DNA from: Nitrospirota bacterium
Lineage (GTDB): Bacteria; Nitrospirota; UBA9217
DNA: 64,000 bases
Assembly: GCA_963741205.1 (NCBI GenBank)
Contig: CAVUHW010000031.1
Span: 32,001-96,000, forward strand
Direction: 5' to 3'
Numbering within the stretch: the stretch's first letter is position 1; every line of letters begins with the position of its first letter. A program made the translations under genes and the position numbers. The notes beneath the pieces were generated by a model. That model saw only the letters and a list, made by a program, of their open reading frames with translations. It was not told the DNA's origin and searched no databases. Shown here one piece after another: positions 31,550 through 42,978 of this stretch.

Positions 31550-32561
31550 TTGGTTCTGGTCAGCTCCATATTCTTTTCGATGTCATCGTGGACGTGCTTG
31601 TTGACCTCGCTCTTCGCGAGCTCGGCGGCGACGCGGATGGCGTTTTTAATGGCCCGGTCGACTTGAGCGGCCGTGGCTGATGATGCTGATGCCGTTGATG
31701 CCGACCAGGGGCGCGCCGCCGTATTCCGCGTAATCGACGCGACGTTTGAGGTTCTGGAACGCCGGACGCATCAGCAAATAGCCGAGCTTTCTCGATCAGG
31801 CTCTTCTCGATGTCCGTTTCGAGGAAAAGCCCGATGGTTTCCGCAACGGCTTCGGAGACCTTGAGCACGACGTTGCCGATGAAACCGTCGCAGACGATGA
31901 CGTCGGCCTTGCCCGACATGACATCGCGCCCCTCGACATTCCCGATAAAATTAAGCGACGTCTCGGTCAGGAGCTTGAACGCCTCTTTCGTCAGTTCGTT
32001 CCCCTTGGTTTCCTCTTCGCCGATGGACAGAAGCCCCACGCGGGGATTGGCGATCTTCAGCAGATACTTCGCATAGACGTCGCCCATGACCGCGAACTGC
32101 AGGAGGTGGTTCGGCTTGCAGTCCACGTTCGCACCCATGTCCAGGATGAGGGACGTGCCCTTGATCGTCGGCATGAAGGTGGCAATGGCCGGCCGTTCGA
32201 CCCCTTCGAGCTTGCCCAGCACGAAAAGTGACGTGGCCATGGCCGCGCCGGTGTGCCCGGCGCTGATGACGGCGACCGCTTCCCCGCTCTTGACCAGTTC
32301 GTTCGCGACGCGGATGGACGAGTCCTTTTTCCTGCGATAGACCGTAACGGGGGAGTCGAGCATGTCCACCACTTCCGTGGCGTTCCGCACCTCGATGGGA
32401 AGCGCTTTTGCCTGAGGGTGCTTGGCAAGCTCTTCCCGGACGGCCTGCTCGATGCCCACCAGGATGACGCCGACGCCGAACTCCTTCGCCGCCTGTACCG
32501 CCCCCGCGACGACGGCGTGCGGCGCGTTGTCCCCTCCCATCGCATCAACGGCAATCTTCAT
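31546..32561 (-). CDS. plsX: Phosphate acyltransferase (C-terminal frameshifts)
   Basis: [22 protein letters not shown]; corrected frame ends in an ATGA overlap with fabH. Confidence 0.92.
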
Positions 32562-32580
32562 AGAGATTCCCTACAATATA

Positions 32581-32627
32581 AAAGGCAAAGAGACATACCG
32601 AGACAACAGTATCATCCCTTTGCCTTT
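32581..32627 (-). terminator. Stem-loop between rpmF and plsX (attenuating terminator or processing site)
   Basis: AAAGGCAAAG/CTTTGCCTTT inverted repeat. Confidence 0.5.
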
Positions 32628-32640
32628 GAGCAAGCGTCCG

Positions 32641-32826
32641 TTATATCTGCTGAACCGTGACGATCTCACGGCCGTTGTAGGTGCCGCACGACAGGCAGGC
32701 ATGATGGGGCTTCTTGACCTCCTGGCACTGCGGGCAGACCGCCAGATTCGGGGCCGTGAGTTTTTGTTTTTGGGTGCGCCTCTTGTCCCTTCGGGATTTG
32801 GAATGTCTGTGCTTTGGGTTTGCCAT
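32641..32826 (-). CDS. rpmF: 50S ribosomal protein L32
   Basis: MANPKHRHSKSRRDKRR, CPQC..HHACLSCGTY. Confidence 0.96.
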   Translation of the reverse strand: MANPKHRHSKSRRDKRRTQKQKLTAPNLAVCPQCQEVKKPHHACLSCGTYNGREIVTVQQI

Positions 32827-32845
32827 GATCTCGTAGAGCTCCTTT

Positions 32846-33361
32846 TTATTTTTTCAGCAGATCTTTTAACGCCGAAAATGCACCGAAGTCTCCCGGTGCA
32901 TTCCGCTGATGACCGCACTCAGTTTTGTTCAGATCAGTTCCACAGACGCTGCAAAGACCCTTGCATTCGGGACTATGGAGCGGAACCATGGGGATGGAGA
33001 TGAGCAGCTGTTCTTTTATAAGATCGACAGGCTCGATTTCATCTCCCTCATAAAACTCCGTATCAAGTTCGCCGCCTGCGAGTTCGTGTTCTGCGGCGGC
33101 GCCGAGGGAGCCCACCGGGGCGAGTTCGATATCCAGCTCGGTGTCGATGGCAAAGGTAAAGCTTTCCAGACATCGGCTGCATTCAAGCACCGGGGCTGAT
33201 CGTATGCTTCCGGTTACGCGCAGGACGCCGCCCGACGCGGGCTTGATGTCGATGACTGCCTGAAACGCTGTCGTTGCTGCTCCCCGATCGAAGAGATCGA
33301 GTTCCTGAGCTAGTTCCAGGGTAAGCCCCTCTGGCGGTATGTCGCTGATTCTGATAGCCAT
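32846..33361 (-). CDS. yceD: YceD/DUF177 family protein
   Basis: CSRCL, CKGLCSVCG.DLN; sits directly upstream of rpmF. Confidence 0.88.
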   Translation of the reverse strand: MAIRISDIPPEGLTLELAQELDLFDRGAATTAFQAVIDIKPASGGVLRVTGSIRSAPVLECSRCLESFTFAIDTELDIELAPVGSLGAAAEHELAGGELDTEFYEGDEIEPVDLIKEQLLISIPMVPLHSPECKGLCSVCGTDLNKTECGHQRNAPGDFGAFSALKDLLKK

Positions 33362-33391
33362 TTCTTTTGCTCCAGGGGCTGTAAGTGACGA

Positions 33392-33420
33392 ATTATATAG
33401 AGAAGCTCGCGATTTGTCAA
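33392..33420 (-). promoter_or_regulatory. Consensus sigma70 promoter of the yceD-rpmF-fab operon
   Basis: Minus strand TTGACA (33420-33415)-17 nt-TATAAT (33397-33392). Confidence 0.8.
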
Positions 33421-33474
33421 GAAAAAATACCGCGAAGGCCGGGAGTCGGAGGAAAAAGAGCAGGTCTGATTTAA

Positions 33475-34688
33475 CTTCTCCGCCGGGAATTCCCCGTCTG
33501 TTAGGGCGGGGATGAAAGGAGGTTATTCGCGTACCTACAAATACCGCCTCTATCCTCCGAGAAATCAGGTCGCATACCGATCGTCCCTCGAATCTGCCGC
33601 ATTTTCTACAACTCCTGCCTTGCCGACCGCCGCAACCATTACCAGAGAACCGGCAAAGGCCTCTCCCGTATTCGTCAGCAGGAAATTCTCCGGGCTGACA
33701 AGAAGCGGATAGGCGCCCTAACCGGCGTTCATTCCCAGGTTCTGCAGGACGTGCTCTTTAGGGTAGACCGCGCCTTCCAGTCCTTCTTCCGGAGGGTAAA
33801 GGACAAAAGCGTCAAGGCGGGCTATCCCCGGTACAAAAGCGATGGCCGGTACGACTCCATCTGTTATCCTCAGGAACCGGGCTTTGAACTTACCCCGCTG
33901 GGCCTCAGGCTTTCCAGGATAGGAACGGTCAAGATCCGTCTCCACCGCGCTCTTTCTGGGACCGTGAAGACCTGCACCATACGCCGGGATGCCGGCAACT
34001 GGTACGCATGCTTTTCCGTGGAGTTGGAGCCCGTCATCGTTCCCGTCCCCGAAGATCACATCGGCATCGATGTCGGCATAAAATCCTTTGCCGTTTTCTC
34101 AGACGGCACTGTGATAGAGAACCCGCGGCACCTTCGCAAATCCGAGAAGAAACTGGCGCATAAGCAGCGTCGCCTGTCCGGCAAAAAGAAGGGCTCCTCG
34201 AACCGGGGGAAAGCGAGACAGTCCCTTGCTAAGCTCCATCTCAAGGTCCGTAACCAGCGGGCGGATTTTCACCACAAGCTCTCGCGTAAGGTCGTAGACA
34301 GATACGGCTTTATAGCTGTCGAGGACCTGAACATACAGGGTATGGTAAGGAACCGTTGTCTTGCCAAAGTCATTTCCGATGCCGGGTGGGGTCAATTTCT
34401 CCGTTTCCTTGCGTACAAAGCTGAAAACGCTGGTTGCAGGGTGGAGAGTGTACCGGCCCGTGATACAAGCATCATGTGCAGCAGGTGCGAACGGCGCGTT
34501 CCCAAATCGCTTTCGGACAGGGTCCACGCTTGTCCGTACTGCGGTCTGATACTTGACCGGGACCACAACGCTGCGGAAAACATTCTTGGTAGGGCGGGGA
34601 CCGCCCGAATCAACGCCTGCGGAGAAGCGGTGCTACAAGGCCCTTCGCTGATGCAGGAAGCCGCGTCCGTAAGGGCGCGGTAGTTCAC
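33475..34688 (+). mobile_element. IS200/IS605-family, IS1341-type (tnpB only) element
   Basis: Left hairpin GAAT-TCCCCGTC-tgtta-GGGCGGGGA after TTTAA; right hairpin GAAG-CCGCGTCC-gtaa-GGGCGCGG then TAGTTCAC; no tnpA. Confidence 0.85.
33512..34683 (+). CDS. tnpB: RNA-guided endonuclease TnpB (5' frameshifts)
   Basis: TYKYRLYP HTH start, GYPRYK, GIDVGIK, VEDLNI, CSRC..CPYC zinc ribbon, DRDHNAA. Confidence 0.9.
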
Positions 34689-36070
34689 TTGTTTTCCGTT
34701 GTAAGACGGACGGCGTCGTAGACAATGTCCGTCATGCGCTTCAGGTCCTTGAGGGTAATCGAGAGCGGCGGCATGAGCACGATGACGTTGCCGAGCGGCC
34801 GGATGATAAGCCCCTGCTTGCGGCATTCGAGGGCCACGCGGATGCCGAGCTTCTCTTTCAGGGGATATGTTTCTTTTGTCTCTCTGTCTTTCACCAGTTC
34901 GATGCCTATCATGAACCCGCGCTGTCTCACCTCTCCCGCGTGTTCCAGTTTGCGGAACCGCTCCAGTTCTTTCGCAAGCCATGCTATTTTGGGCCGGAGC
35001 CTGGTCAGCGTCTTTTCCCGCTGAAAAAGATCTATGTTCGCTATGGCCGCCGAGCAGGCAAGGGGGTTCCCGGTATAGGTATGGCCGTGGAAAAAGGTCC
35101 TTAATTCGTGATGATCACCGAGGAAACCGCGGTAGACATCCTCGGTAGTTAGCGTCGCGGCAAGCGGAAGGTAGCCGCCCGTAAGCCCCTTGGCAACGCA
35201 CAGGATGTCCGGAGAGACGCCTTCGTGCTCGCAGGCGAACATCCTGCCGGTCCTGCCGAAGCCGGTCGCGACCTCGTCGGCGATCATCAGGATATTGTAT
35301 TTGGTGCACAGTTCCCGGATCTTTTTCAGGAACCCCGGCGGCTGCATGAGCATGCCTGCCGCGCCCTGCACAAGGGGTTCGATGATCAGGGCCGCTGTCA
35401 CGGAGGCGTACTTCTGGATGATCCTCTCCGTATGCACGAAACACGTCTTCAGGCATTCCGGATGGCTCAGTCCATAGGTGCACCGGTAGCAATGGGGAGA
35501 CGGTATTTTGCGGGTCTGAAACAGGAGCGGTTTGTAGATCGCATGAAAGAGATCGATCCCTCCCACGCTTACGGACCCGATCGTGTCGCCGTGATATGCC
35601 TCGGAGAATGAAAGGTAACCGGTTTTTTTCTGGTGCCCGGGGCTCTTCTGCTGCCAGTATTGAAAAGCGATTTTCAGCGCGATCTCGACGGCGGTGGACC
35701 CGCTGTCGGAATAGAAGACCTTGGCGAGGCCCTTGGGCGCGATCTTGACCAGTTTTTCGGCTAGGAGAACTGCCGGCACGTTCGAAAGCCCGAGCAGGGT
35801 GGAGTGGGCGATCTTGTCGAGCTGCGCGGCGACGGCCCTGTTCAGTTCTTTTTTCCGGTGGCCGTGGACCGTGACCCAGAGCGAGGACACCCCGTCGAGA
35901 TAGGTCTTCCCGTTCACATCGGTGAGGGTGCTCCCTTCTCCGCTCTCGATGATGATCTGCGGTTCTTTTTCCCAGTCCTGCATCTGCGTAAAGGGATGCC
36001 AGATGTATTTTTTGTCCAGTTTTCCCAAACGATCAGCGATGATCTGTTTTTTTGTACGTTTCGACTGCAA
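34685..36070 (-). CDS. bioA: Adenosylmethionine-8-amino-7-oxononanoate aminotransferase
   Basis: IWHPFTQM, SSLWVTVHGH, SDSGSTAVE, YHGDT, DEVATGFGRTG, AKGLTGGY. Confidence 0.93.
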   Translation of the reverse strand: MQSKRTKKQIIADRLGKLDKKYIWHPFTQMQDWEKEPQIIIESGEGSTLTDVNGKTYLDGVSSLWVTVHGHRKKELNRAVAAQLDKIAHSTLLGLSNVPAVLLAEKLVKIAPKGLAKVFYSDSGSTAVEIALKIAFQYWQQKSPGHQKKTGYLSFSEAYHGDTIGSVSVGGIDLFHAIYKPLLFQTRKIPSPHCYRCTYGLSHPECLKTCFVHTERIIQKYASVTAALIIEPLVQGAAGMLMQPPGFLKKIRELCTKYNILMIADEVATGFGRTGRMFACEHEGVSPDILCVAKGLTGGYLPLAATLTTEDVYRGFLGDHHELRTFFHGHTYTGNPLACSAAIANIDLFQREKTLTRLRPKIAWLAKELERFRKLEHAGEVRQRGFMIGIELVKDRETKETYPLKEKLGIRVALECRKQGLIIRPLGNVIVLMPPLSITLKDLKRMTDIVYDAVRLTTENK

Positions 36071-36117
36071 AAAAGTACCTCCCGCGTTATTTTAGCGCGT
36101 CATATTGTCCGGTCGGT

Positions 36118-36145
36118 ATTATAGTGAACAGGTATTTTTTGTCAA
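36118..36145 (-). promoter_or_regulatory. Sigma70 promoter of bioA
   Basis: Minus strand TTGACA-16 nt-TATAAT. Confidence 0.65.
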
Positions 36146-36264
36146 TAATAAAAAGTGCTTGAAAGAACTCGCATCTTTCTGGTAATATAATCGAATCAGA
36201 TACAACGTATGAGTGCATACCATGTCGATGAGGTGTTTCACTGTTCCGGAGGACTTTAGCAACC

Positions 36265-37766
36265 ATGCTCAATAAGAAGAGGGTTTATGCATCGGCGGCT
36301 ATCATGCTTGCAGTTGGCGTGGTCGTGGGACTTGTTCTGTCCTCTCACCTCGGTATCATGTCTCAGCTTCCCGCCAAGAACCAGATATCGCCCAAATCGG
36401 TCGATATCCTTACGCAGATCTCAGAGGCCCAGTCCGAGGTTGCGGCGGTAGCAATGCCGTCGGTCGTCAATATATCGACGACGCGGGTAATCAAATCGCG
36501 CGAGGAAGCGCCCTTTGACCTTTTTGACGACCCGTTTTTCAGGAGGTTTTTCGGCGATCAATTGCCCCGGCCCAATGCGCCGAAAGAGCACAAGGAACAG
36601 AGTCTGGGTTCGGGCGTCATCGTCTCCGAGGACGGTTATATCGTAACAAACAACCACGTTATCGAGAAGGCGCAGGAAATCAAGGTGCTGCTTTTAAACA
36701 AGAAGGACTATACGGCGAAACTGATCGGCGCGGACCCGAAGACCGACATCGCCGTCATCAAGATAGACGCCAAAGGGTTGCCGGCGCTTACCTGGGGGGA
36801 TTCCAATAAGCTGAAGGTGGGCGAGATCGTGTTTGCGATCGGGAACCCCTTCGGTTTGAACCAAACCGTGACCAGGGGCGTGATCAGCGCGGTCGGGCGC
36901 GCGAATGTGGGCATAGCCGACTATGAGGATTTCATCCAGACGGATGCGGCAATCAATCCCGGCAACTCCGGAGGGGCGCTGATCAATGCCCGGGGCGAGC
37001 TCATCGGCATCAATACCGCCATCCTGTCCCGGACGGGAGGTTATCAGGGCATCGGGTTCGCCGTGCCAAGCAGTATGGCCCAGCAGGTGATGGACAGCCT
37101 GGTGAAATATAAAAAAGTCGTGCGCGGCTGGCTCGGCGTCAGCATTCAGGACGTCACCTCGGACCTTGCCGAGGAATTCGGTGTCAAAGACCTCAAGGGC
37201 GCCCTCGTCTCCGGAGTCATGAAGGGCAGTCCGGCGGAAAAAGCGGGAATTAAGCAGGGCGACGTCATCCTCCAATATCAACGGCAAGTCCGTCGAAGAT
37301 ACGGGCCATCTGCGGAACATGGTGTCGCAGACTCCGATCGGCTCCAAGGTGAAAGTCACCGTTCTTCGGCAGAAGAAAGAACTTGAGCTGATGGTGGTCG
37401 TTGCCGAGTTGCCCAAGAAAATGGCGGAGACCTCGCCCGGGGAAGGGGAGTCCGGAGAGGCGCAGGAAGAGGAAAGCACCGTATCTCAGCGGGATGAGCG
37501 TCCGGGAGCTCACCCCGGATCTTGCCGGCCGCTTCGGCATTGAGGAAAGCGAAAAGGGCGTTGTTGTCATAAAAGTGGAAGCCGGCAGCAGAATCTACGA
37601 AGCGGGGGTCCGGCCCGGCGACATCATTCTCCAGATCAACCAGAAAAACGTCACGTCGCTTGAAGACTATAAAAAAATCGCTTCGAAGATAAAAGCTAAA
37701 GAGAGAATACTGCTCCTCATACGAAGGAAGGGTCAGGACCTGTTCGTATCCGTCAAGCCGGAATAG
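36265..37766 (+). CDS. degP: DegP/DegQ (Do) serine endoprotease with two PDZ domains (frameshifts)
   Basis: SLGSGVI, TNNHV, DIAV, INPGNSGG, RGWLGV. Confidence 0.88.
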
Positions 37767-37999
37767 CTTGGGATCAAATACGAAGCACACAATCTCAAGC
37801 GTCATAGAACGACCACTATTCAAACTGAAAACAAAGTTGAAGACTGTTTTAAACATTGGGGTTCCTGTTTGGCATTGATTGGGGAACGTAATTTGGTCTT
37901 TGACCGTTAACGCTATTCGAGCCCTCCGAAGCCCTATTGACGCAACAGTTCAACGTATTCATATATTATATTGCACGAAAAGGAGGTGAGAAAAGAACG

Positions 38000-39056
38000 A
38001 TGGGACTTATCCTTATCCGTATATTATTTATTTGTTTAGGCACCCTGCTCGGGTATCTACGTTTCCACGCAGCTGTATGATCAGGTGAGCAAACTCGAGG
38101 GGATGGCCGTCGGGTTCAGCGTCGCGGTGTTGATCATCCTTACGGAATTTCTGTTCAGACGGGTCTCATTAAAGGTCATTGTCGGCGGTATTCTCGGTTT
38201 TATCCTCGGGTTGACATCGGCGAACATCATAGCGGCGCCCCTCAAGCTCGTGCCGCTTGAGAGGAGCATCGTGAATTTCATCCTGCTCCTCATGAACGGT
38301 TTTTTCGGATACATCGGCATTACCATCGGGATCAGGGAGGGGGAGCGCTTCAATCCCGCGAATATCAAAAAGCTGTTCAAGAGCGGCGCGGAAGAGAACA
38401 TCAAGATCATGGACACCAGCGTGATCATCGACGGCAGGATCGCGGACGTCTGCGAGACGGAGTTCCTGGACGGCACGATCGTCATCCCGCAGTTTATCCT
38501 GCATGAACTGCAGCACATCGCCGATTCCTCGGATTCCCTGAAACGGGCGCGGGGCAGGCGGGGACTCGATATCCTTCACCGCATCCAGAAGATGAGCCAC
38601 ATGGAGGTCCGGATCACCGAGGAGGACTTTCCGAAGATCCGCGAGGTCGACAGCAAACTGATAGCCCTGGCCAAAAAACTGGGCGCCAAGGTCATCACGA
38701 ACGACTTCAATCTCAACAAGGTCGCGGAGCTCCAGGGCGTCAAGGTGCTCAATATCAACGACCTCTCGAACGCCGTGAAACCGGTCGCCCTTCCCGGCGA
38801 GAGCATGCGGGTGTTCGTACTGAAAGAAGGGAAAGAGGCCGGACAGGGGGTGGCCTACCTGGATGACGGCACGATGATCGTCGTGGAGAACGGACGGAAG
38901 TATATCAACAAGAACGTCGACGTGGCGGTCACGAGCGTGCTCCAGACCGCGGCCGGGAGAATGATCTTCACGAAGCTGAAGGAGGACATAGAGCATGACC
39001 TTCAGACCGGCGGAACGATAATAGAGGCAAGCACCAAATATCAGAGCATCAAATAA
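38000..39056 (+). CDS. Membrane-anchored PIN/TRAM-domain protein (YacL-like); N-terminal frameshift
   Basis: [35 protein letters not shown]; AGGAGGTG RBS. Confidence 0.88.
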
Positions 39057-39155
39057 CAAATAAATTGCAAAGTGACAAAATTCGACGTTGAGGAAATTGG
39101 AATTCATATTTGGATATTATTTGGAATTTGTGATTTGGGATTTGGAATTTGAATT
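39029..39155. repeat. Inverted heptamer-periodic array (CAAAT../..ATTTG)
   Basis: CACCAAATATCA..CATCAAATAACAAAT facing ATTTGGAATTTGTGATTTGGGATTTGGAATTT. Confidence 0.7.
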
Positions 39156-39168
39156 TACGGGAGGTTTC

Positions 39169-39913
39169 ATGTCAGGTCATTCAAAATGGGCAACGACGAA
39201 ACACAAGAAAGCCGCCACCGATGCGAAACGCGGCAAGAGCTTTCACCAAGCTTGCCAAGGAAATCACGGTCGCGGCCAAGCTGGGCGGCGGCGATCCCGG
39301 CGGGAACCCGAGGCTTCGGACCGCGATCGCCAAGGCGAAGGCGGTCAGCCTGCCCGCCGAAAATATCAAGCGCGCGATCCAGAAGGGCACGGGTGAATTG
39401 CCGGGCGTCTCCTACGAGGAGATAATCTACGAAGGATACGGACCGGGCGGCGTGGCGGTGATTTGCGAGGTCATGACCGACAACCGGAACAGGACCGTGT
39501 CCGAGATCCGCAATATTTTCAGCAAGGCCGGCGGCAACATGGGCGAGGCAGGCTGCGTTTCCTGGATGTTCCATAAAAAGGGGTATATCGTGGTCAGCGC
39601 CGCAAAGGCCGACGAGGACAAGCTCATGACCCTGGCGCTTGACGCGGGCGCCGAGGACATGCAGACCGAGGACGATAATTTTGTGATCACGACGGCCCCG
39701 AACGATTTCGAGAAGGTGAAGAAGGCGCTCGAGGACGCGGGCGTGCCCCTGGATGTCGCGGAGGTCACCATGGTCCCGCAGACCTACGTGAAGCTCGACG
39801 GCAAGGAAGCGCAGCAGATGCTGCGTCTCGTGGAGACGCTGGAAGACAACGACGATGTCCAGAACGTGTATGCAAACTTCGATATTCCCGAAGAGATCAT
39901 GAACGCGGTGTAG
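39169..39913 (+). CDS. yebC: YebC/PmpR family protein (frameshift near 39240)
   Basis: [31 protein letters not shown]. Confidence 0.93.
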
Positions 39914-40026
39914 CGCAGCGGCATGCTTCGCATGCGAATTGAGATTGGAAACTTAAATTGCAAATTGGGCGTAGTTTCTCCGTTCTCAATTTCAATTTTC
40001 AATTTCCTGATCCGACGGGGGGTCGT

Positions 40027-40584
40027 ATGAGGGTACTGGGGATTGATCCGGGGACGCTGACAAGCGGATACGGGATCGTGGCGGAAGAGGACCACAAACT
40101 GTTCCATGTCGTCTCGGGCGGCATCAGCCCGTCCGCCAAGCAGCCGTTTCCAAAGCGGCTCAAGAAAATCTACGAGGAGCTTGAGAAGATCATCGATGCC
40201 TACCGGCCTCATGTCGTGGTGGTCGAGGACCTCTTCGTTTCGAAGAACATCCAATCGGCGCTCAAGCTGGGGCATGCGCGCGGGGTCGCCATCCTGGCGG
40301 CCATGAACGCCGGACTCCCGGTGTTCGAATACGCGCCGCTGGAAGTGAAACAGGCGGTGGTGGGCCATGGAAAGGCCGAGAAAAAGCAGGTGCAGATCAT
40401 GGTCAAGGCCCTGCTGGACCTCCCGAAAGTCCCCCATCCGGCGGACGCTGCGGATGCGCTTGCCGCCGCGATCTGCCATATCCATTCATCGAGGCTGAAG
40501 GAAATACTCAAAAATTCGTCGTCTCTGCGTCAGCCGGCCAGAAGCTTGAGCGCCCTCAAGGGCGCCGGCGGCCGCAGGACTTAG
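40027..40584 (+). CDS. ruvC: Holliday junction resolvase
   Basis: GIDPG, LGHARG, AEK.QV, DAADALA. Confidence 0.93.
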   Translation: MRVLGIDPGTLTSGYGIVAEEDHKLFHVVSGGISPSAKQPFPKRLKKIYEELEKIIDAYRPHVVVVEDLFVSKNIQSALKLGHARGVAILAAMNAGLPVFEYAPLEVKQAVVGHGKAEKKQVQIMVKALLDLPKVPHPADAADALAAAICHIHSSRLKEILKNSSSLRQPARSLSALKGAGGRRT

Positions 40585-40594
40585 GCGAGATGAG

Positions 40595-41197
40595 ATGATT
40601 GCTTCGATTTCCGGCAAACTCAGGCGCAAAGGCACCGATTATCTGATCGTTGATGTCTCCGGCGTCGGGTACCAGGTCCAGGTCCCTCTTTCCACCTACT
40701 GCGGCATCCCTGAAAAAGGCGATGACGTCAGTCTCCATATTCACACCCATCTGCGCGAGGATTCGCTCTCGCTTTTCGGTTTTCTGACCGAGGCTGAAAA
40801 GGACATGTTCCTGCTCCTCATGGGAGTTTCGGGCATCGGTCCGAAGCTCGCGCTTGCCATTCTCTCCAGCCTGTCCGTGGCGGACCTTTCCTGCGCCATC
40901 CGGACTTCGGACGATGCCAAACTCTGCGCCATCCCCGGCATCGGGAAAAAGACCGCCGCGCGGATGGTGCTCGAACTCAAGGACAAGATAAAGCTTCTTG
41001 CGCCGTCATTAACGGCGTCTTCGTCCGCGACCGCCGCCGGATCCGACGATGTCGAGGATGTTATATCGGCGCTCGTGGGTCTCGGATACAAAAAACCGCA
41101 GGCGGAAGAAACGGTCAGAAAGATCAAGGACAAGCGACCCGGCCTTGCGATCGAAGAGCTGATCAGGGAAGCACTTTCCGTTTTAATGAAACGATAG
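40595..41197 (+). CDS. ruvA: Holliday junction branch migration protein
   Basis: [22 protein letters not shown]. Confidence 0.94.
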   Translation: MIASISGKLRRKGTDYLIVDVSGVGYQVQVPLSTYCGIPEKGDDVSLHIHTHLREDSLSLFGFLTEAEKDMFLLLMGVSGIGPKLALAILSSLSVADLSCAIRTSDDAKLCAIPGIGKKTAARMVLELKDKIKLLAPSLTASSSATAAGSDDVEDVISALVGLGYKKPQAEETVRKIKDKRPGLAIEELIREALSVLMKR

Positions 41198-41234
41198 AAC
41201 ACGATTGGACCGGCCGGAGAAGAGGCAACGACTG

Positions 41235-42254
41235 ATGCCGAAGAGAATCATAGAGCCGGAACAAAATGATGACGACGTCCAGCTCGACAGGAGCCTGAGG
41301 CCGCTCCGCTTCGATGATTTCGTGGGGCAGGACAGGATCAAGGAGAACCTGCGTGTTTTCATCGATGCGGCCAAGGGCAGGGGCGAGGCGCTCGACCACG
41401 TGCTGTTCTGCGGCCCTCCGGGGCTCGGCAAAACCACGCTTGCAAACATCATTGCGCACGAGCTCGGGGTCGGCATCAAGGCGACATCGGGTCCCGTGCT
41501 CGAACGCGCGGGCGATCTGGCCGCCATTCTGACCAATCTGCAGGAGCATGATGTCCTGTTCATCGACGAGATACACCGTCTGAACCGGGTCGTGGAGGAG
41601 ATCCTCTATCCGGCCATGGAGGATTTTCAGCTCGATATCATCATCGGGCAGGGGCCGGGCGCCCGCTCCATCAAGCTCGATCTGCCGCACTTCACCCTCG
41701 TCGGGGCCACGACCCGGACGGGGCTTCTCACCTCTCCGCTTCGCGACCGCTTCGGCGTGATCGACCGGCTCGGTTTTTACGAGCCCGGTGAACTCGTAAA
41801 GATCGTACGGCGTTCCGCGGAACTGCTCCGCACCGTCATCGATCCCGCGGCTGCCGCTGAAATAGCCCGCCGTTCCCGGGGGACCCCGCGGATAGCCAAT
41901 CGCCTGCTCAGGCGGGTGAGGGACTTTGCCCAGGTCCAGGGGGACGGGACCATAACTCCCGCTCTCGCCGCAAGCTCCATGAAGAGACTCGAGGTGGACG
42001 AAAAGGGGTTTGACCACATGGACCGGAAGTTGCTGCTTACGATCATCGACAAGTTCGAGGGGGGGCCCGTGGGGCTCGATACGCTTGCAGCCGCGCTCAA
42101 CGAGGAAAAGGACACCCTCGAAGACGTGTATGAGCCGTTCCTGATCCAGGAAGGCTTCCTCGACCGCACCCCGCGGGGAAGGCAGGCGACGCGTCTGGCT
42201 TACGAATATTTCGGCAGAAAAAAACCGGCATCGGCGCAGGAAAGGCTGTTGTAA
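41235..42254 (+). CDS. ruvB: Holliday junction branch migration helicase
   Basis: [32 protein letters not shown]. Confidence 0.96.
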   Translation: MPKRIIEPEQNDDDVQLDRSLRPLRFDDFVGQDRIKENLRVFIDAAKGRGEALDHVLFCGPPGLGKTTLANIIAHELGVGIKATSGPVLERAGDLAAILTNLQEHDVLFIDEIHRLNRVVEEILYPAMEDFQLDIIIGQGPGARSIKLDLPHFTLVGATTRTGLLTSPLRDRFGVIDRLGFYEPGELVKIVRRSAELLRTVIDPAAAAEIARRSRGTPRIANRLLRRVRDFAQVQGDGTITPALAASSMKRLEVDEKGFDHMDRKLLLTIIDKFEGGPVGLDTLAAALNEEKDTLEDVYEPFLIQEGFLDRTPRGRQATRLAYEYFGRKKPASAQERLL

Positions 42255-42283
42255 CACTGCAGCGACACTTTTTTATCATTCCC

Positions 42284-42326
42284 GCCTGCGCCCGGCGCTG
42301 ACGAGTGCGATAGCGCGAGTGCAGGG
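42284..42326. repeat. About 43-bp GCCTGC...TGCAGG miniature element
   Basis: GCCTGCGCCCGGCGCTGACGAGTGCGATAGCGCGAGTGCAGGG aligns with both copies at 30399-30485. Confidence 0.6.
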
Positions 42327-42435
42327 TGAATCTCTCGGGAGTCCATTTTTTTCGTAACTACTCAGGACCTGAAAACCATAATCTCAGACGAAGGCACAGA
42401 GCACACGAGGAAACACCAAAAATCCATTTTGATCT

Positions 42436-42978
42436 ATGAATATCCTTCTTCATATCTGCTGCGCTCCCTGCGCACTCTATCCCTTCTTCCGGCTCAGGGA
42501 GGAAGGGCTGGAACCCGCGGGTTATTTCTACAACCCCAACATTCATCCCTATCTGGAGTACCGCAAGAGGCTTGACACGGTAAAGGAATTTGCGGGCCGC
42601 GTCGGGCTCGAGGTTACCTATCGGGACGGCTACGACCTAGATCTCTTTCTGATCCGTGTCGCGGGCAAAGGGACCCTGCGGTGTGAACAATGTTACCGGA
42701 TAAGACTGGACGCGGCCGGAGCCGCGGCCCGGGAAAAAGGGTTTCGCACGTACACGACCTCGCTCCTGTACAGCAAATATCAAAAGCACGACCTGATAGC
42801 GGGCATCGGGCGCGAGATGGGGGCCGAGCACGGGGTGGAATTCTATTATGAAGATTTCCGACGCGGGTGGCGCGAGGGAATCGTCGAGTCCAAGGCCATG
42901 GGCCTCTACCGCCAGCAGTACTGCGGATGTATCTACAGCGAGCGGGACCGGTATCGCAAAGGTCAGGACCGGGACTGA
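42436..42978 (+). CDS. queH: Epoxyqueuosine reductase QueH (DUF208)
   Basis: LLHICCAPC, YNPNIHP, RCEQCY, YRQQYCGC. Confidence 0.9.
   Translation: MNILLHICCAPCALYPFFRLREEGLEPAGYFYNPNIHPYLEYRKRLDTVKEFAGRVGLEVTYRDGYDLDLFLIRVAGKGTLRCEQCYRIRLDAAGAAAREKGFRTYTTSLLYSKYQKHDLIAGIGREMGAEHGVEFYYEDFRRGWREGIVESKAMGLYRQQYCGCIYSERDRYRKGQDRD

Noticed and set aside
33415-33420. TCAA as an alternative left cleavage site of the IS
   Set aside because: Too far from the left hairpin, part of the yceD -35 box, and does not restore the bioA stop as the TTTAA site does
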